A stretch of DNA of 64,000 nucleotides from an uncultured Acidobacteriota bacterium (lineage in GTDB: Bacteria; Acidobacteriota; Terriglobia; Terriglobales; Acidobacteriaceae). The DNA is taken from contig CAINND010000099.1 in NCBI GenBank assembly GCA_903851035.1, forward strand, positions 88-64,087, read 5' to 3'. The notes beneath the pieces were generated by a model, which saw only the letters and a program-made list of their open reading frames with translations, did not search any database and was not told the DNA's origin. Shown in pieces: positions 44,856 through 53,594 of this stretch (positions are counted from its first letter, which is position 1; each line of letters begins with the position of its first letter). The translations under genes and the position numbers were made by a program.

Positions 44856-45376
44856 TTGGACGGGATGAGCAAAAGAAATTCCATCGGCGCGCGGGATTGG
44901 AATAAGGGCAGCCGTGGCACGGCTCTGCGCCGCCGGCCAAGGGGATTTACCGTCATAGAACTCATCGTCACCATGGCCATCATCATCACCTGGCCGCGCT
45001 CAGCATCCCCAGCATGCTGGATGCCATTAAGTCTGCCCGCAACGCCCGCGCCGTGGGCGACGTGCGCACCATCGGCGACGAGATACTGGCCTACATCGCC
45101 GAGTACAACGTCAATCCCGCCAATCTCTCCGCCGCCGGGTATCCCAATTATCAGGATCCCTGGGGCAATAAATATATCTATCTGAATTTCAACGGACCCA
45201 ATGCCTCGGCCGCCATACGCCGTGACCGTTTCATGGCGCCCTTCAACTCTTACTTCGATCTTTACAGCAGCGGTGCCGATGGCCTCAGCACGGTGCAGAT
45301 TACCTCCGCCGTCTCGCAGGATGACATCATCTGGGGCCTCGATGGCGAGTATGTCGGCCTGGCGTCAAACTTCTAG
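44856..45376 (+). pseudogene. GspG-like pseudopilin / type II secretion major pseudopilin gene interrupted by a 1-nt frameshift
   Basis: The first frame gives RGFTVIELIVTMAIII and then nonsense (TWPRSASPACW...). The -1 frame continues (HHH)LAALSIPSMLDAIKSARNARAVGDVRTIGDEI...DPWGNKYIYLNF... to the stop at 45376. The switch is at the ATCATCATCA run (44979-44990). One extra base there would give TMAIII-x-LAALSIPS. Confidence 0.7.
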
Positions 45377-45390
45377 CGGAAAGGTGCGGG

Positions 45391-47004
45391 ATGCGCGCTG
45401 ATTTTGTAGCGTTTCGGAGCAAGGTTGGCCTGCGCATCTTCCTGCTCTTTGTCGCCTGCGCGCTCATTCCGCTGCTGGTGCTGGGCCTGGTGGCCTATCA
45501 GCGCGTTTCCGATCAGCTCCACCAAACCGCCAACGACCAGCTACTTTCCTCAAGCCGCTCCTACACCATGGAGATCATGTCGCGCCTGGAATCCATGGAG
45601 AGCGAGCTGACACTGCTCGATCCCGATGCCAACCCGGAGGCGAAGCTGGCGGCCCAGCGCCTGGGCAGCCACTGGCAGGGCATCGCCGCCGTGCGCGATG
45701 GCACCTGGCAGCTCCTCATGGGCGCGCCCGTCGATCCCATCACTCCGGCGGCGGATCAGATCAAGTTCATGCAATCGGGCGGCACGCTACTGGTGACCCA
45801 GGCCGGACACATTACACTGATGCGCTTCCGCGATCCCAATCGTCCGCAACTTGGATTGCTGGCGGGCATGGCCGTGCCCGGTTACGTCTTTGGCGAAGAA
45901 ACTCTCTCCAGCGCCCGGGTGGTCACCATCACGGACGCCGCCGGTGAGGTGCTGTACTGCACTCGCGGACGCCTCTGCCTGCCCGCACCCGTCCCCGGCA
46001 CCTCCGGCATATTTCAGGGCAAGGTGGAAGGCACGGATTACGCGGCTGGCTTCCATAAACTCTTCCTCAAGGCGGAACTGCACTCCGATCCCTGGACGGC
46101 TGTGGTGGCCGAACGCTCCAGCGATGTGCTGGCGCCGATTGCCAACTTCCGCATGACCTTTCCACTCGTCGTGCTGCTCACCTTGTGGGCCGTCATACTG
46201 CTCTGCTCCGTGCAGATTCGCCATATCCTGGTGCCGCTTGAACACCTGCGCCAGGCGGCGGAGAACGTGCAGGAGCAGAAGTTCGACACCAAGGTCGCCG
46301 TGGAATCCTCCGACGAGTTCGGCGACGTGGCGCAGGCCTTCAACACAATGGCGTCGCACCTCGGCCGCCAGTTCCGCGCCCTGGAAAACCTGAGCTGGGG
46401 GACCCTGAAGGCTCAGGCCCGCGCCATTGACGCCAAGTCCCAGTGGACCAGCGGCCACAGCGAGCGCGTGACCCAGGTGGCCATGGAGATTGCCCGCCAG
46501 ATGCGCCTGCCGGACGAAAAGCTCATTGTGCTGGAGCGCGGCGGCCTGCTGCATGACATCGGCAAAATCGGCACTCCGCCCAGCGTGCTGGATAAGGCCG
46601 GACGGCTGGATGCCGCAGAGCTGGAGATCATGCGCCGCCACGTCACCGACGGCGTCCGCATCCTGGAGCCGATTACAGACTTTCACCTGTCCCTGCCCAT
46701 AGTGGAGCAGCATCACGAAGCCTATGACGGCAGCGGCTATCCACACGGCCTCAAGGGCGAGAAGATTGATCTGCTGGCGCGCATCCTGGCCGTAGCCGAC
46801 GTTTACGACGCGCTGGCCAGCGACCGCCCCTACCGCAAGGGCGTGCCCATACCGGATGTCATTCAGTACATCCGCGATGGCGCGGGCCGCCAGTTCGATC
46901 CCAACGTGGTGGAGGCATTCCTCCATGTGGTGGCGCGCGGCGTGCCCGCCGCGGAATACTCCCCCGAGCCGGCAAGTCGGCGGTTGCAAGGAGCGGCATT
47001 ATGA
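45391..47004 (+). CDS. Membrane sensor HD-GYP phosphodiesterase (periplasmic domain-HAMP-HD-GYP)
   Basis: 537 aa. Two TM segments flank a ~200-aa extracytoplasmic domain, followed by a HAMP-like linker. HD-GYP motifs are GGLLHDIGK and HHEAYDGSGYPHGLKG. Confidence 0.88.
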   Translation: MRADFVAFRSKVGLRIFLLFVACALIPLLVLGLVAYQRVSDQLHQTANDQLLSSSRSYTMEIMSRLESMESELTLLDPDANPEAKLAAQRLGSHWQGIAAVRDGTWQLLMGAPVDPITPAADQIKFMQSGGTLLVTQAGHITLMRFRDPNRPQLGLLAGMAVPGYVFGEETLSSARVVTITDAAGEVLYCTRGRLCLPAPVPGTSGIFQGKVEGTDYAAGFHKLFLKAELHSDPWTAVVAERSSDVLAPIANFRMTFPLVVLLTLWAVILLCSVQIRHILVPLEHLRQAAENVQEQKFDTKVAVESSDEFGDVAQAFNTMASHLGRQFRALENLSWGTLKAQARAIDAKSQWTSGHSERVTQVAMEIARQMRLPDEKLIVLERGGLLHDIGKIGTPPSVLDKAGRLDAAELEIMRRHVTDGVRILEPITDFHLSLPIVEQHHEAYDGSGYPHGLKGEKIDLLARILAVADVYDALASDRPYRKGVPIPDVIQYIRDGAGRQFDPNVVEAFLHVVARGVPAAEYSPEPASRRLQGAAL

Positions 47005-47369
47005 AGCGCATGCATATCATCCCCGCGGTTCTGCTCATGCTCTTTGTGATGGGCTGCCATGTGCACTGGGCGCCCTCGCCTTTGCAGGGCATGTGGCACA
47101 CGGATAACCCGAAGTACGCGAAAAACTTCCTGCGCTTTGACGAGGATTACATCGTCATCGGCCTCGGCGAAGACGTTACCCCCAAGGCGGAACGCATCGT
47201 AAAAATTGTCTCCCTCCCCGTTGCCGGATCCGTGCAATATGATATTGAGTCAGTGGATGACAAGGGCATACATAATCGCCTCCGCTTCCTTTACACCCCG
47301 GCCAACGGCGGAGAAATCCGCCTCTCCAACCCGCGCCACATCGTCTGGAAGAAGGGCGAGAATCTCTAA
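47001..47369 (+). CDS. Small lipoprotein of unknown function
   Basis: It reads MKRMHIIPAVLLMLFVMGC/HVHW (lipobox). Its ATG overlaps the HD-GYP stop (ATGA). Confidence 0.6.
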   Translation: MKRMHIIPAVLLMLFVMGCHVHWAPSPLQGMWHTDNPKYAKNFLRFDEDYIVIGLGEDVTPKAERIVKIVSLPVAGSVQYDIESVDDKGIHNRLRFLYTPANGGEIRLSNPRHIVWKKGENL

Positions 47370-47742
47370 GATTTTTCTGGCCGCGCTGCTTTTGTTGGTT
47401 ACGATCGCCTCCTGCGGCTGCCATGGCAACGACCCCCAGCAGCAGGCCGTGGCGCGCCTTGGAGGTGACCCCTCGCGCGCTCCCCAGCTCATCCAGCGCT
47501 ACGGCTGCGGCGGCTGCCATCGCATCCCCGGCGTCACCGGCGCGGCCGGCAAAAGCGGACCCTCACTGGAGCATCTTGCCCGCGAGCCTTACATCAGCGG
47601 CAACCTGCCCAACACGCCGGAAAACGTCCTGCGCTGGATTCGCGCGCCGCACTCCATTCTGCCCCGCACCAAAATGCCGGAGCTCGGCCTCAGCGAGCAG
47701 GATGCGCGGGACATTGCCGCCTACCTGTGGTCGCTGCGCTAA
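47206..47742 (+). CDS. Mono-haem c-type cytochrome, probably lipid-anchored; true start uncertain
   Basis: The C-terminal ~125 aa read RISKIFLAALLLLVTIASCGCHGNDPQ...YGCGGCHRIPGV...TKMPELGLSEQDARDIAAYLWSLR. This gives a signal/lipobox, one CXXCH motif and a distal Met. The track start (TTG 47206) overlaps the lipoprotein gene by 164 nt. No ATG/GTG/TTG start lies between the lipoprotein stop and the signal peptide. Confidence 0.7.
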   Translation: MSPSPLPDPCNMILSQWMTRAYIIASASFTPRPTAEKSASPTRATSSGRRARISKIFLAALLLLVTIASCGCHGNDPQQQAVARLGGDPSRAPQLIQRYGCGGCHRIPGVTGAAGKSGPSLEHLAREPYISGNLPNTPENVLRWIRAPHSILPRTKMPELGLSEQDARDIAAYLWSLR

Positions 47743-47964
47743 GCCTGGCTCTCCGCCTTCTTATTGATTTGACCCGCCGCGCCCGGCTGGCGTAATCTTT
47801 TTCTTGTGAGCTACGCCAGCACAACAACGGTTGCCTGCTCGTCCCGTCGATGGTGGTCCTACACCGTCGTGTGCCTCTAGTCCAGGCACGTTCTCCGTAC
47901 TTCCTCTCAATTGATTGATCGTTGCCCCGGCGCATTGTGTATTGCGCCCATCAGGACGAATTGC

Positions 47965-49023
47965 ATGAGCGCCGCCAAAGAACAACCTTCCAACCACGCC
48001 ACCCTCGGCGAGCTGCTGCGCCCGCTGGTCGCTCTCCGCGAGCTTACCCGCCAGCAGGCCGCCCAACTGGTGGAAGCCATGCTGGCCCCGGACTCCGCCG
48101 ACGCGCAGATTGCCGCCGCCCTCGCCCTGCTGGCCGCGCGCGGAGAAACCGCCGACGAGCTGGCCGGCTTTGCCGACGCTCTCTACCGCCGCGTTCTGCC
48201 CATCAACCTGCCCAGCAACGTGCTGGATACGGCCGGCACGGGCGCCAGCGTGGCCAAGACCTTCAACGTCAGCACCGCCGCGGCCTTCGTCATCGCCGGC
48301 GCTGGATGCCAGATTGCCAAGCATGGTGCGCGCGCGGCCACCAGCCGCAGCGGCAGCGCCGACGTGCTCACATCGCTCGGCGTCAACATTGATTGCGAGC
48401 AGGCGATTGCCGAGCGCTGTCTCACCGAACTCGGCCTCTGCTTCCTCTTCGCGCCGCGCTATCATCCCGCGCTCGCCCGTGTCGCTCCCATCCGCCGTGC
48501 CCTCGGCATGCGAACCAGCTTCAACCTTGTTGGGCCAATGGTGAATCCCTGCCGCGCCGAGTACCGCCTGCTGGGCGTCTCCGACGCCGCCCGCATGGAA
48601 ACCGTTGCCGGTGCCCTGGCCCGCCTGGGCGTGCGCCGCGCATGGGTGCTGCGCGGTGGCGATGGCCTTGACGAGATCACTACCTCCGGCGCCTCGCGCG
48701 TATTGGAGGTCGCCGAAGGCGGTACCGTGCGCGAACTGCATCTCTCTCCCGCCGACTTCGGTTTGCACTCACAGCCCACCGCCGCCGCCCGCGCCGGTTC
48801 GGTGGAAGAAAACGCCGCCACCGTGCGCGACGTTCTCAGCGGCCAGCGCCGCGACGTCGCCCGTGATCTCGTCGTGCTCAACGCCGCCGCCGCCCTGCAT
48901 GTGCGCACCGGAGACAGCCTGATGGACTGTGCCCGCCGCGCCGAGCACTCCATTGACAGCCACGCCGCCCTCGGCAAACTGCACGAGCTAGTTCGCCTGA
49001 CCAACCTTGGAGCCGCCGAATGA
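47965..49023 (+). CDS. trpD: Anthranilate phosphoribosyltransferase (with atypical PRPP-loop residues)
   Basis: Starts at ATG 47965. Family motifs present are TFNVSTAAAFV, SGSADVL, RTSFNLVGPMVNP and GLDEIT. It has GTGAS instead of GTGGD, and KHGA instead of KHGN. Its stop overlaps the trpC ATG. Confidence 0.85.
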   Translation: MSAAKEQPSNHATLGELLRPLVALRELTRQQAAQLVEAMLAPDSADAQIAAALALLAARGETADELAGFADALYRRVLPINLPSNVLDTAGTGASVAKTFNVSTAAAFVIAGAGCQIAKHGARAATSRSGSADVLTSLGVNIDCEQAIAERCLTELGLCFLFAPRYHPALARVAPIRRALGMRTSFNLVGPMVNPCRAEYRLLGVSDAARMETVAGALARLGVRRAWVLRGGDGLDEITTSGASRVLEVAEGGTVRELHLSPADFGLHSQPTAAARAGSVEENAATVRDVLSGQRRDVARDLVVLNAAAALHVRTGDSLMDCARRAEHSIDSHAALGKLHELVRLTNLGAAE

Positions 49024-49817
49024 GCGCCCAGTTCCTTGAGCAGGTGATGAACGCCCAGCGCCACCGTCTTGCCGATGTCGGCGAGGCTGAGCGCGAGCGT
49101 GTGCGCGAGCTTGCCTTGGCCGCCCGCCGCAATCGCCAGCCGCGTTTTGCCCAGGCGCTCGCGGCCCGCCCCACGCCCATCATCGCCGAGTTCAAGCGCC
49201 GCTCGCCCTCCGTGGGAATCATCCAGGGCGCGGCCGATCCCATCGCCGTGGCAAAACTTTACGAGGCGGGTGGTGCCGCTGCCATGAGCGTTCTCACCGA
49301 GCCCGAGCACTTCCACGGCTCGCTCGCCGATCTCGACGCCGTCTCCTCGTCCGTCAACCTGCCGCTGTTGCGCAAAGACTTCATGGTGGACCGTCACCAG
49401 GTCTTCGAGGCCGCCGCCCACGGCGCCGAGGCCATCCTCATCATCATCGCCGGACTCACCGACGCCGAAGCCCTCAAACTGATGGACGCCGCGCACGCCG
49501 TCAAACTCGACGCGCTGGTCGAAGTGCACACCACAGAGGAGATGCTCCGCGCCTCGGCCATCGGTGCCACCCTCATCGGCGTCAACAATCGCAACCTTAA
49601 AACACTCACTACGGATATCGAAACCTCGCTGCACCTCGCCCCGCTCGCTCCCGCCGCAGCCACCCTGGTCAGCGAGAGCGGCCTGCGCACCCGCGAGGAC
49701 ATTACGCGCCTGCAATCCGCAGGCTATGGGGCCTTCCTCATCGGAGAGACCCTGATGCGCGCGGGCAATCCGTTGGCGACCCTGCGCGAGTTGCAAGGCT
49801 TGGAGGCCGCGCAATGA
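49020..49817 (+). CDS. trpC: Indole-3-glycerol phosphate synthase
   Basis: 265 aa. Motifs IIAEFKRRSPSVG, LRKDFMVD and IGVNNRNL are present. Confidence 0.92.
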   Translation: MSAQFLEQVMNAQRHRLADVGEAERERVRELALAARRNRQPRFAQALAARPTPIIAEFKRRSPSVGIIQGAADPIAVAKLYEAGGAAAMSVLTEPEHFHGSLADLDAVSSSVNLPLLRKDFMVDRHQVFEAAAHGAEAILIIIAGLTDAEALKLMDAAHAVKLDALVEVHTTEEMLRASAIGATLIGVNNRNLKTLTTDIETSLHLAPLAPAAATLVSESGLRTREDITRLQSAGYGAFLIGETLMRAGNPLATLRELQGLEAAQ

Positions 49818-50518
49818 CCATCGCGCCACACAAAGCCGTGCAGATCAAAGCTATACAGATGAAGTTCTGCGGCATCACCCGCGCGCAAGACGCCGAAGCG
49901 GCCATCGCCTGCGGCGCCGCCATGCTGGGCCTGAACTTCTATCCCGGCAGTCCGCGCCACATCGCGCTTGAGCGTGCGCAGCAGATTGCCGACGCCGTTG
50001 CGGGCCGCGCCCGGCTGGTGGGCGTATTCGTAAATATGAATCTATCGGATGTGCGTCAAATCGCCCGCGCCGTGCCGCTCGATTGCATCCAGCTCCACGG
50101 CGACGAACTGCATGAGGAATGCGCGGAACTGGCCCGCGACTTCGAGGTCATTCGCGCCATCAAGGTCACGCCCGCCTTTCGTGCCGAAGACCTTGCGTCC
50201 TACACCTGCTGCCGCGGCCTGTTGCTGGATGCACCCAGCCCGCAGCGTGGCGGCAGCGGACACAGCTTCGACTGGCGCAGCGTGGACTGGGCTGCCGTGC
50301 GCCGCGCGGCTCCGTGGGCGACGATATATCTCGCCGGAGGCCTGACGGCGGAAAATGTCGCCGAGGCCATTCGCGTCGCCCGCCCCGACGTGGTGGACGT
50401 GGCCAGCGGCATCGAAGAATCGAAAGGTATCAAGAGCGCGGACGGGGTAACCAAGAGTGCAGAAAAGATGCGTGCGTTCGCCGCGGCCGTCCTGGCCGCC
50501 GGGAGGGAAGTGCGATGA
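49814..50518 (+). CDS. trpF: Phosphoribosylanthranilate isomerase
   Basis: It has [12 protein letters not shown]... and [13 protein letters not shown] 49814 overlaps the trpC stop. ATG 49859 is an alternative start. Confidence 0.9.
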   Translation: MTIAPHKAVQIKAIQMKFCGITRAQDAEAAIACGAAMLGLNFYPGSPRHIALERAQQIADAVAGRARLVGVFVNMNLSDVRQIARAVPLDCIQLHGDELHEECAELARDFEVIRAIKVTPAFRAEDLASYTCCRGLLLDAPSPQRGGSGHSFDWRSVDWAAVRRAAPWATIYLAGGLTAENVAEAIRVARPDVVDVASGIEESKGIKSADGVTKSAEKMRAFAAAVLAAGREVR

Positions 50519-51738
50519 AAGATGAAGCTTTGTTGGAGAGCCTGTTGCAGGCCTCCGGCGATGGATACTTTGGCAACTACGGCGGACGCTTTGTGGCCGA
50601 AACGCTCATCGCTCCGCTCGACGAACTGAGCGCGGCCTTTGACGCCGCGCGCCGCGATCCCAGTTTTCAGCGCGAACTCAGCGGCCTGCTTGCCGATTTC
50701 AGCGGACGTCCCACGCCGCTCTATTTTGCCGAGCGCCTCACCGAGTACGCCGGCGGCGCGAAGATTCTTCTCAAGCGCGAAGACCTCGGCCACACCGGCT
50801 CGCACAAAATCAACAACGCCCTCGGACAGGTTCTGCTGGCGCGCCGCATGGGCAAGCGCCGCATCATCGCGGAAACCGGCGCAGGCCAGCACGGCGTCGC
50901 CACCGCCACGGTCTGCGCCCGCTTCGGCCTCGAGTGCATTGTCTACATGGGTGCCGAGGACATGCAGCGCCAGGCGCTCAACGTCTTCCGCATGCGCCTG
51001 ATGGGCGCCGAGGTGCGCGGCGTCGAAGCCGGCTCGAAGACGCTGAAAGACGCCATCAATGAGGCACTCCGCGACTGGGTCACCAACGTGCGAGACACCT
51101 ACTACCTGCTTGGCTCTGCTCTCGGCCCGCATCCTTATCCGACGATGGTGCGAGAGTTTCAGCGCGTCATTGGCGACGAAGCGCGCGCCCAGGTGCTAGC
51201 CAGCGAACATCGTTTGCCGGATGCGATTGTCGCCTGTGTCGGCGGCGGGTCGAACGCCATCGGAGCATTCACGGCCTTCCTCGGCGATGAGAAAGTTCGC
51301 CTCATCGGCGTCGAAGCTGGTGGTCGCGGAGAGACTCTCGGCGAACACGCGGCGCGCTTCCGTGGCGGATTGCCCGGTGTTTTGCAGGGCACGTACAGCT
51401 ATGTTTTGCAGGATGACGATGGACAGATCGCTCCTACACATTCCGTCAGCGCCGGGCTCGATTACGCCAGCATCGGCCCGGAGCACGCTCACCTGCGCGA
51501 ACTGGGCCGCGCCGAATACACCAGCGCCGATGACCGCGAAGCTCTGGAGGCCTTCGATTTGCTCTCGCAGCGTGAAGGCATTTTGCCCGCATTGGAGAGC
51601 GCCCACGCCATCGCCCACGCCGTTAAGCTCGCCCACGAGCTTGGCCGCGATGGATTGATGATTGTCAATTTAAGCGGCCGCGGCGATAAGGATGTGGAGA
51701 CCGTGGCGCGCCTCAAGGCAGAAGGCGGTGCCCGATGA
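50515..51738 (+). CDS. trpB: Tryptophan synthase beta chain
   Basis: ATG 50515 overlaps the trpF stop. It has [24 protein letters not shown] (PLP Lys) and GGGSNAIG. Confidence 0.95.
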   Translation: MKDEALLESLLQASGDGYFGNYGGRFVAETLIAPLDELSAAFDAARRDPSFQRELSGLLADFSGRPTPLYFAERLTEYAGGAKILLKREDLGHTGSHKINNALGQVLLARRMGKRRIIAETGAGQHGVATATVCARFGLECIVYMGAEDMQRQALNVFRMRLMGAEVRGVEAGSKTLKDAINEALRDWVTNVRDTYYLLGSALGPHPYPTMVREFQRVIGDEARAQVLASEHRLPDAIVACVGGGSNAIGAFTAFLGDEKVRLIGVEAGGRGETLGEHAARFRGGLPGVLQGTYSYVLQDDDGQIAPTHSVSAGLDYASIGPEHAHLRELGRAEYTSADDREALEAFDLLSQREGILPALESAHAIAHAVKLAHELGRDGLMIVNLSGRGDKDVETVARLKAEGGAR

Positions 51739-52544
51739 GCACTCGTTTGCAGCAGGCTTTTGCCACGCTTCGCGCCAGGGGGCGCAAGGGCGTCGTGCCT
51801 TATCTCACCGCCGGCGATCCCGATCTCGACACCACTTACGAGCTTTTGCTGGCCATGGCGCGCGGCGGAGCCACCGCCATTGAGCTTGGCGTCCCCTTCA
51901 GCGATCCCGCCGCCGACGGTCCGGTCATCCAGCGTGCCTGCGAGCGTGCGCTTGCCCGCCACGTCCGCCTCGATGACGTGTTGCAGGTGGCCGCCCGCGC
52001 CTCCAAGCAAACCGATGTCCCAATCGTGCTCTTCAGCTACCTCAATCCGCTGTTGCGCCACGGGCTTCAGAAACTAACCGATGACGCTGCCGCCGCAGGG
52101 CTGGCAGGCGTGTTGGTCACCGACCTCCCGGCCGAATCCGCTGCCGCTTTTTCGCTGGCCCTGCAACAGCACGGCCTCGATCTCGTCTCGCTCGTGGCGC
52201 CCACGTCGTCCGCCGAGCGTATCGCGCAGATTGCCGCGCACGCCACCGGTTTTCTCTACGCCATCAGCGTCACTGGCGTCACCGGCGCGCGTCAGCAGCT
52301 CAGCAACGACGCAACGGAACTGCTCGCCCGCATCCGCCAGGTCACCACGCTGCCCGTGGCCGTCGGCTTCGGCATCAGCACGCCGCAGCAGGCGCGCGAA
52401 GCCTGGGCGCAGGGCGCAGATGCCGTCATCGTGGGCTCGGCCATCGTCCGCATGATTGAAGAAGCGGGAAAGCAGAGTCCCACGTTAATTGAGGCATTCG
52501 TGCGCGAGCTCGTCTCAGCGCAAATCAGCCAGGTTCAGGAGTAG
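51735..52544 (+). CDS. trpA: Tryptophan synthase alpha chain
   Basis: 269 aa. Motifs [26 protein letters not shown] and GFGIS are present. Confidence 0.93.
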   Translation: MSTRLQQAFATLRARGRKGVVPYLTAGDPDLDTTYELLLAMARGGATAIELGVPFSDPAADGPVIQRACERALARHVRLDDVLQVAARASKQTDVPIVLFSYLNPLLRHGLQKLTDDAAAAGLAGVLVTDLPAESAAAFSLALQQHGLDLVSLVAPTSSAERIAQIAAHATGFLYAISVTGVTGARQQLSNDATELLARIRQVTTLPVAVGFGISTPQQAREAWAQGADAVIVGSAIVRMIEEAGKQSPTLIEAFVRELVSAQISQVQE

Positions 52545-52547
52545 CTC

Positions 52548-53594
52548 ATGCTTATATTGATGAAAGTAAATGCAACAGAGGCGGAAATTCAGGGCGCCTG
52601 TCATCGCGTCGAGGAGCTCGGCTACCGTCCGCATCCCCTCCCCGGAGCCACGCGCTGCGCCATCGGCATTACCGGCAACAAGGGCGCCGTTGAGGCCGAT
52701 TCGCTCAGCCAGCTTCCCGGCGTGGCGGAGGTCATCGCCGTCAGCAAGCCCTACAAGCTCGTCAGCCGCGACATGAAGCCCGAGGATACCGTCGTGCGCT
52801 TCGCCAACAGCGAGGCCACCATCGGCGGCCCGGAGTTTGCCATGATGGCCGGTCCCTGCGGCGTGGAGAGCCGCGACCAACTCATGCGCACCGCCGAGAC
52901 TGTCGCCAAAAGCGGCGCGCGCTTCCTCCGTGGCGGAGCCTTCAAGCCGCGCACCTCGCCTTACGCCTTCCAGGGCATGGGCGAAGAAGGCCTGCGCCTG
53001 CTGGCCCAGGCGCGTGAGGCCTTCGGCCTGTTGGTCGTCACCGAGGCCATTGACCACCTTTCGCTCGCCCTCATCGAGCAGTACGCCGACCTTATTCAAA
53101 TTGGCGCGCGCAACATGCAGAACTTCGCGCTGCTCAAGCTCGCAGGCCGTTCGCGCCTGCCCGTGGTGCTCAAGCGCGGCATGGCCGCCACCCTCGACGA
53201 GCTGCTCATGGCCGCCGAATACATCATGAGCGAGGGCAACTACAACGTCATTCTCTGCGAGCGCGGCATCCGTACCTTTGCCGATCATTCTCGCAACACG
53301 CTCGACGTCAGCCTCATTCCGTCGGCCAAGCGCCTCACGCATCTGCCCATCATCGCCGACCCCTCGCACGCCGCCGGACGCCGCGATAACGTTGCGCCGC
53401 TGGCCCGCGCCGCCGTGGCCGCCGGAGCCGACGGCCTCATCGTCGAGGTCCATTGCGATCCCGACCGCGCGCTCAGCGATGGCGCGCAGTCGCTGACGCC
53501 CGCGCAGTATGACCAGATGGCCGTGAACTTGGGCGGCATCGCCGCGCTCGTCGGCCGCAGCGTCTATCAGCCCACTGCAAAGGCCGCGCGATGA
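52548..53594 (+). CDS. aroF: 3-deoxy-7-phosphoheptulonate (DAHP) synthase, type I-beta with N-terminal ferredoxin-like regulatory domain
   Basis: 348 aa. It is collinear with Thermotoga-type DAHPS as I recall that sequence: N-terminal MLILMKVNATEAEI...AIGITG, then KPYKLVSR, AGPCGVES, LRGGAFKPRTSPYAFQG, IQIGARNMQNF, CERGIRTF and DPSH. Confidence 0.9.
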   Translation: MLILMKVNATEAEIQGACHRVEELGYRPHPLPGATRCAIGITGNKGAVEADSLSQLPGVAEVIAVSKPYKLVSRDMKPEDTVVRFANSEATIGGPEFAMMAGPCGVESRDQLMRTAETVAKSGARFLRGGAFKPRTSPYAFQGMGEEGLRLLAQAREAFGLLVVTEAIDHLSLALIEQYADLIQIGARNMQNFALLKLAGRSRLPVVLKRGMAATLDELLMAAEYIMSEGNYNVILCERGIRTFADHSRNTLDVSLIPSAKRLTHLPIIADPSHAAGRRDNVAPLARAAVAAGADGLIVEVHCDPDRALSDGAQSLTPAQYDQMAVNLGGIAALVGRSVYQPTAKAAR

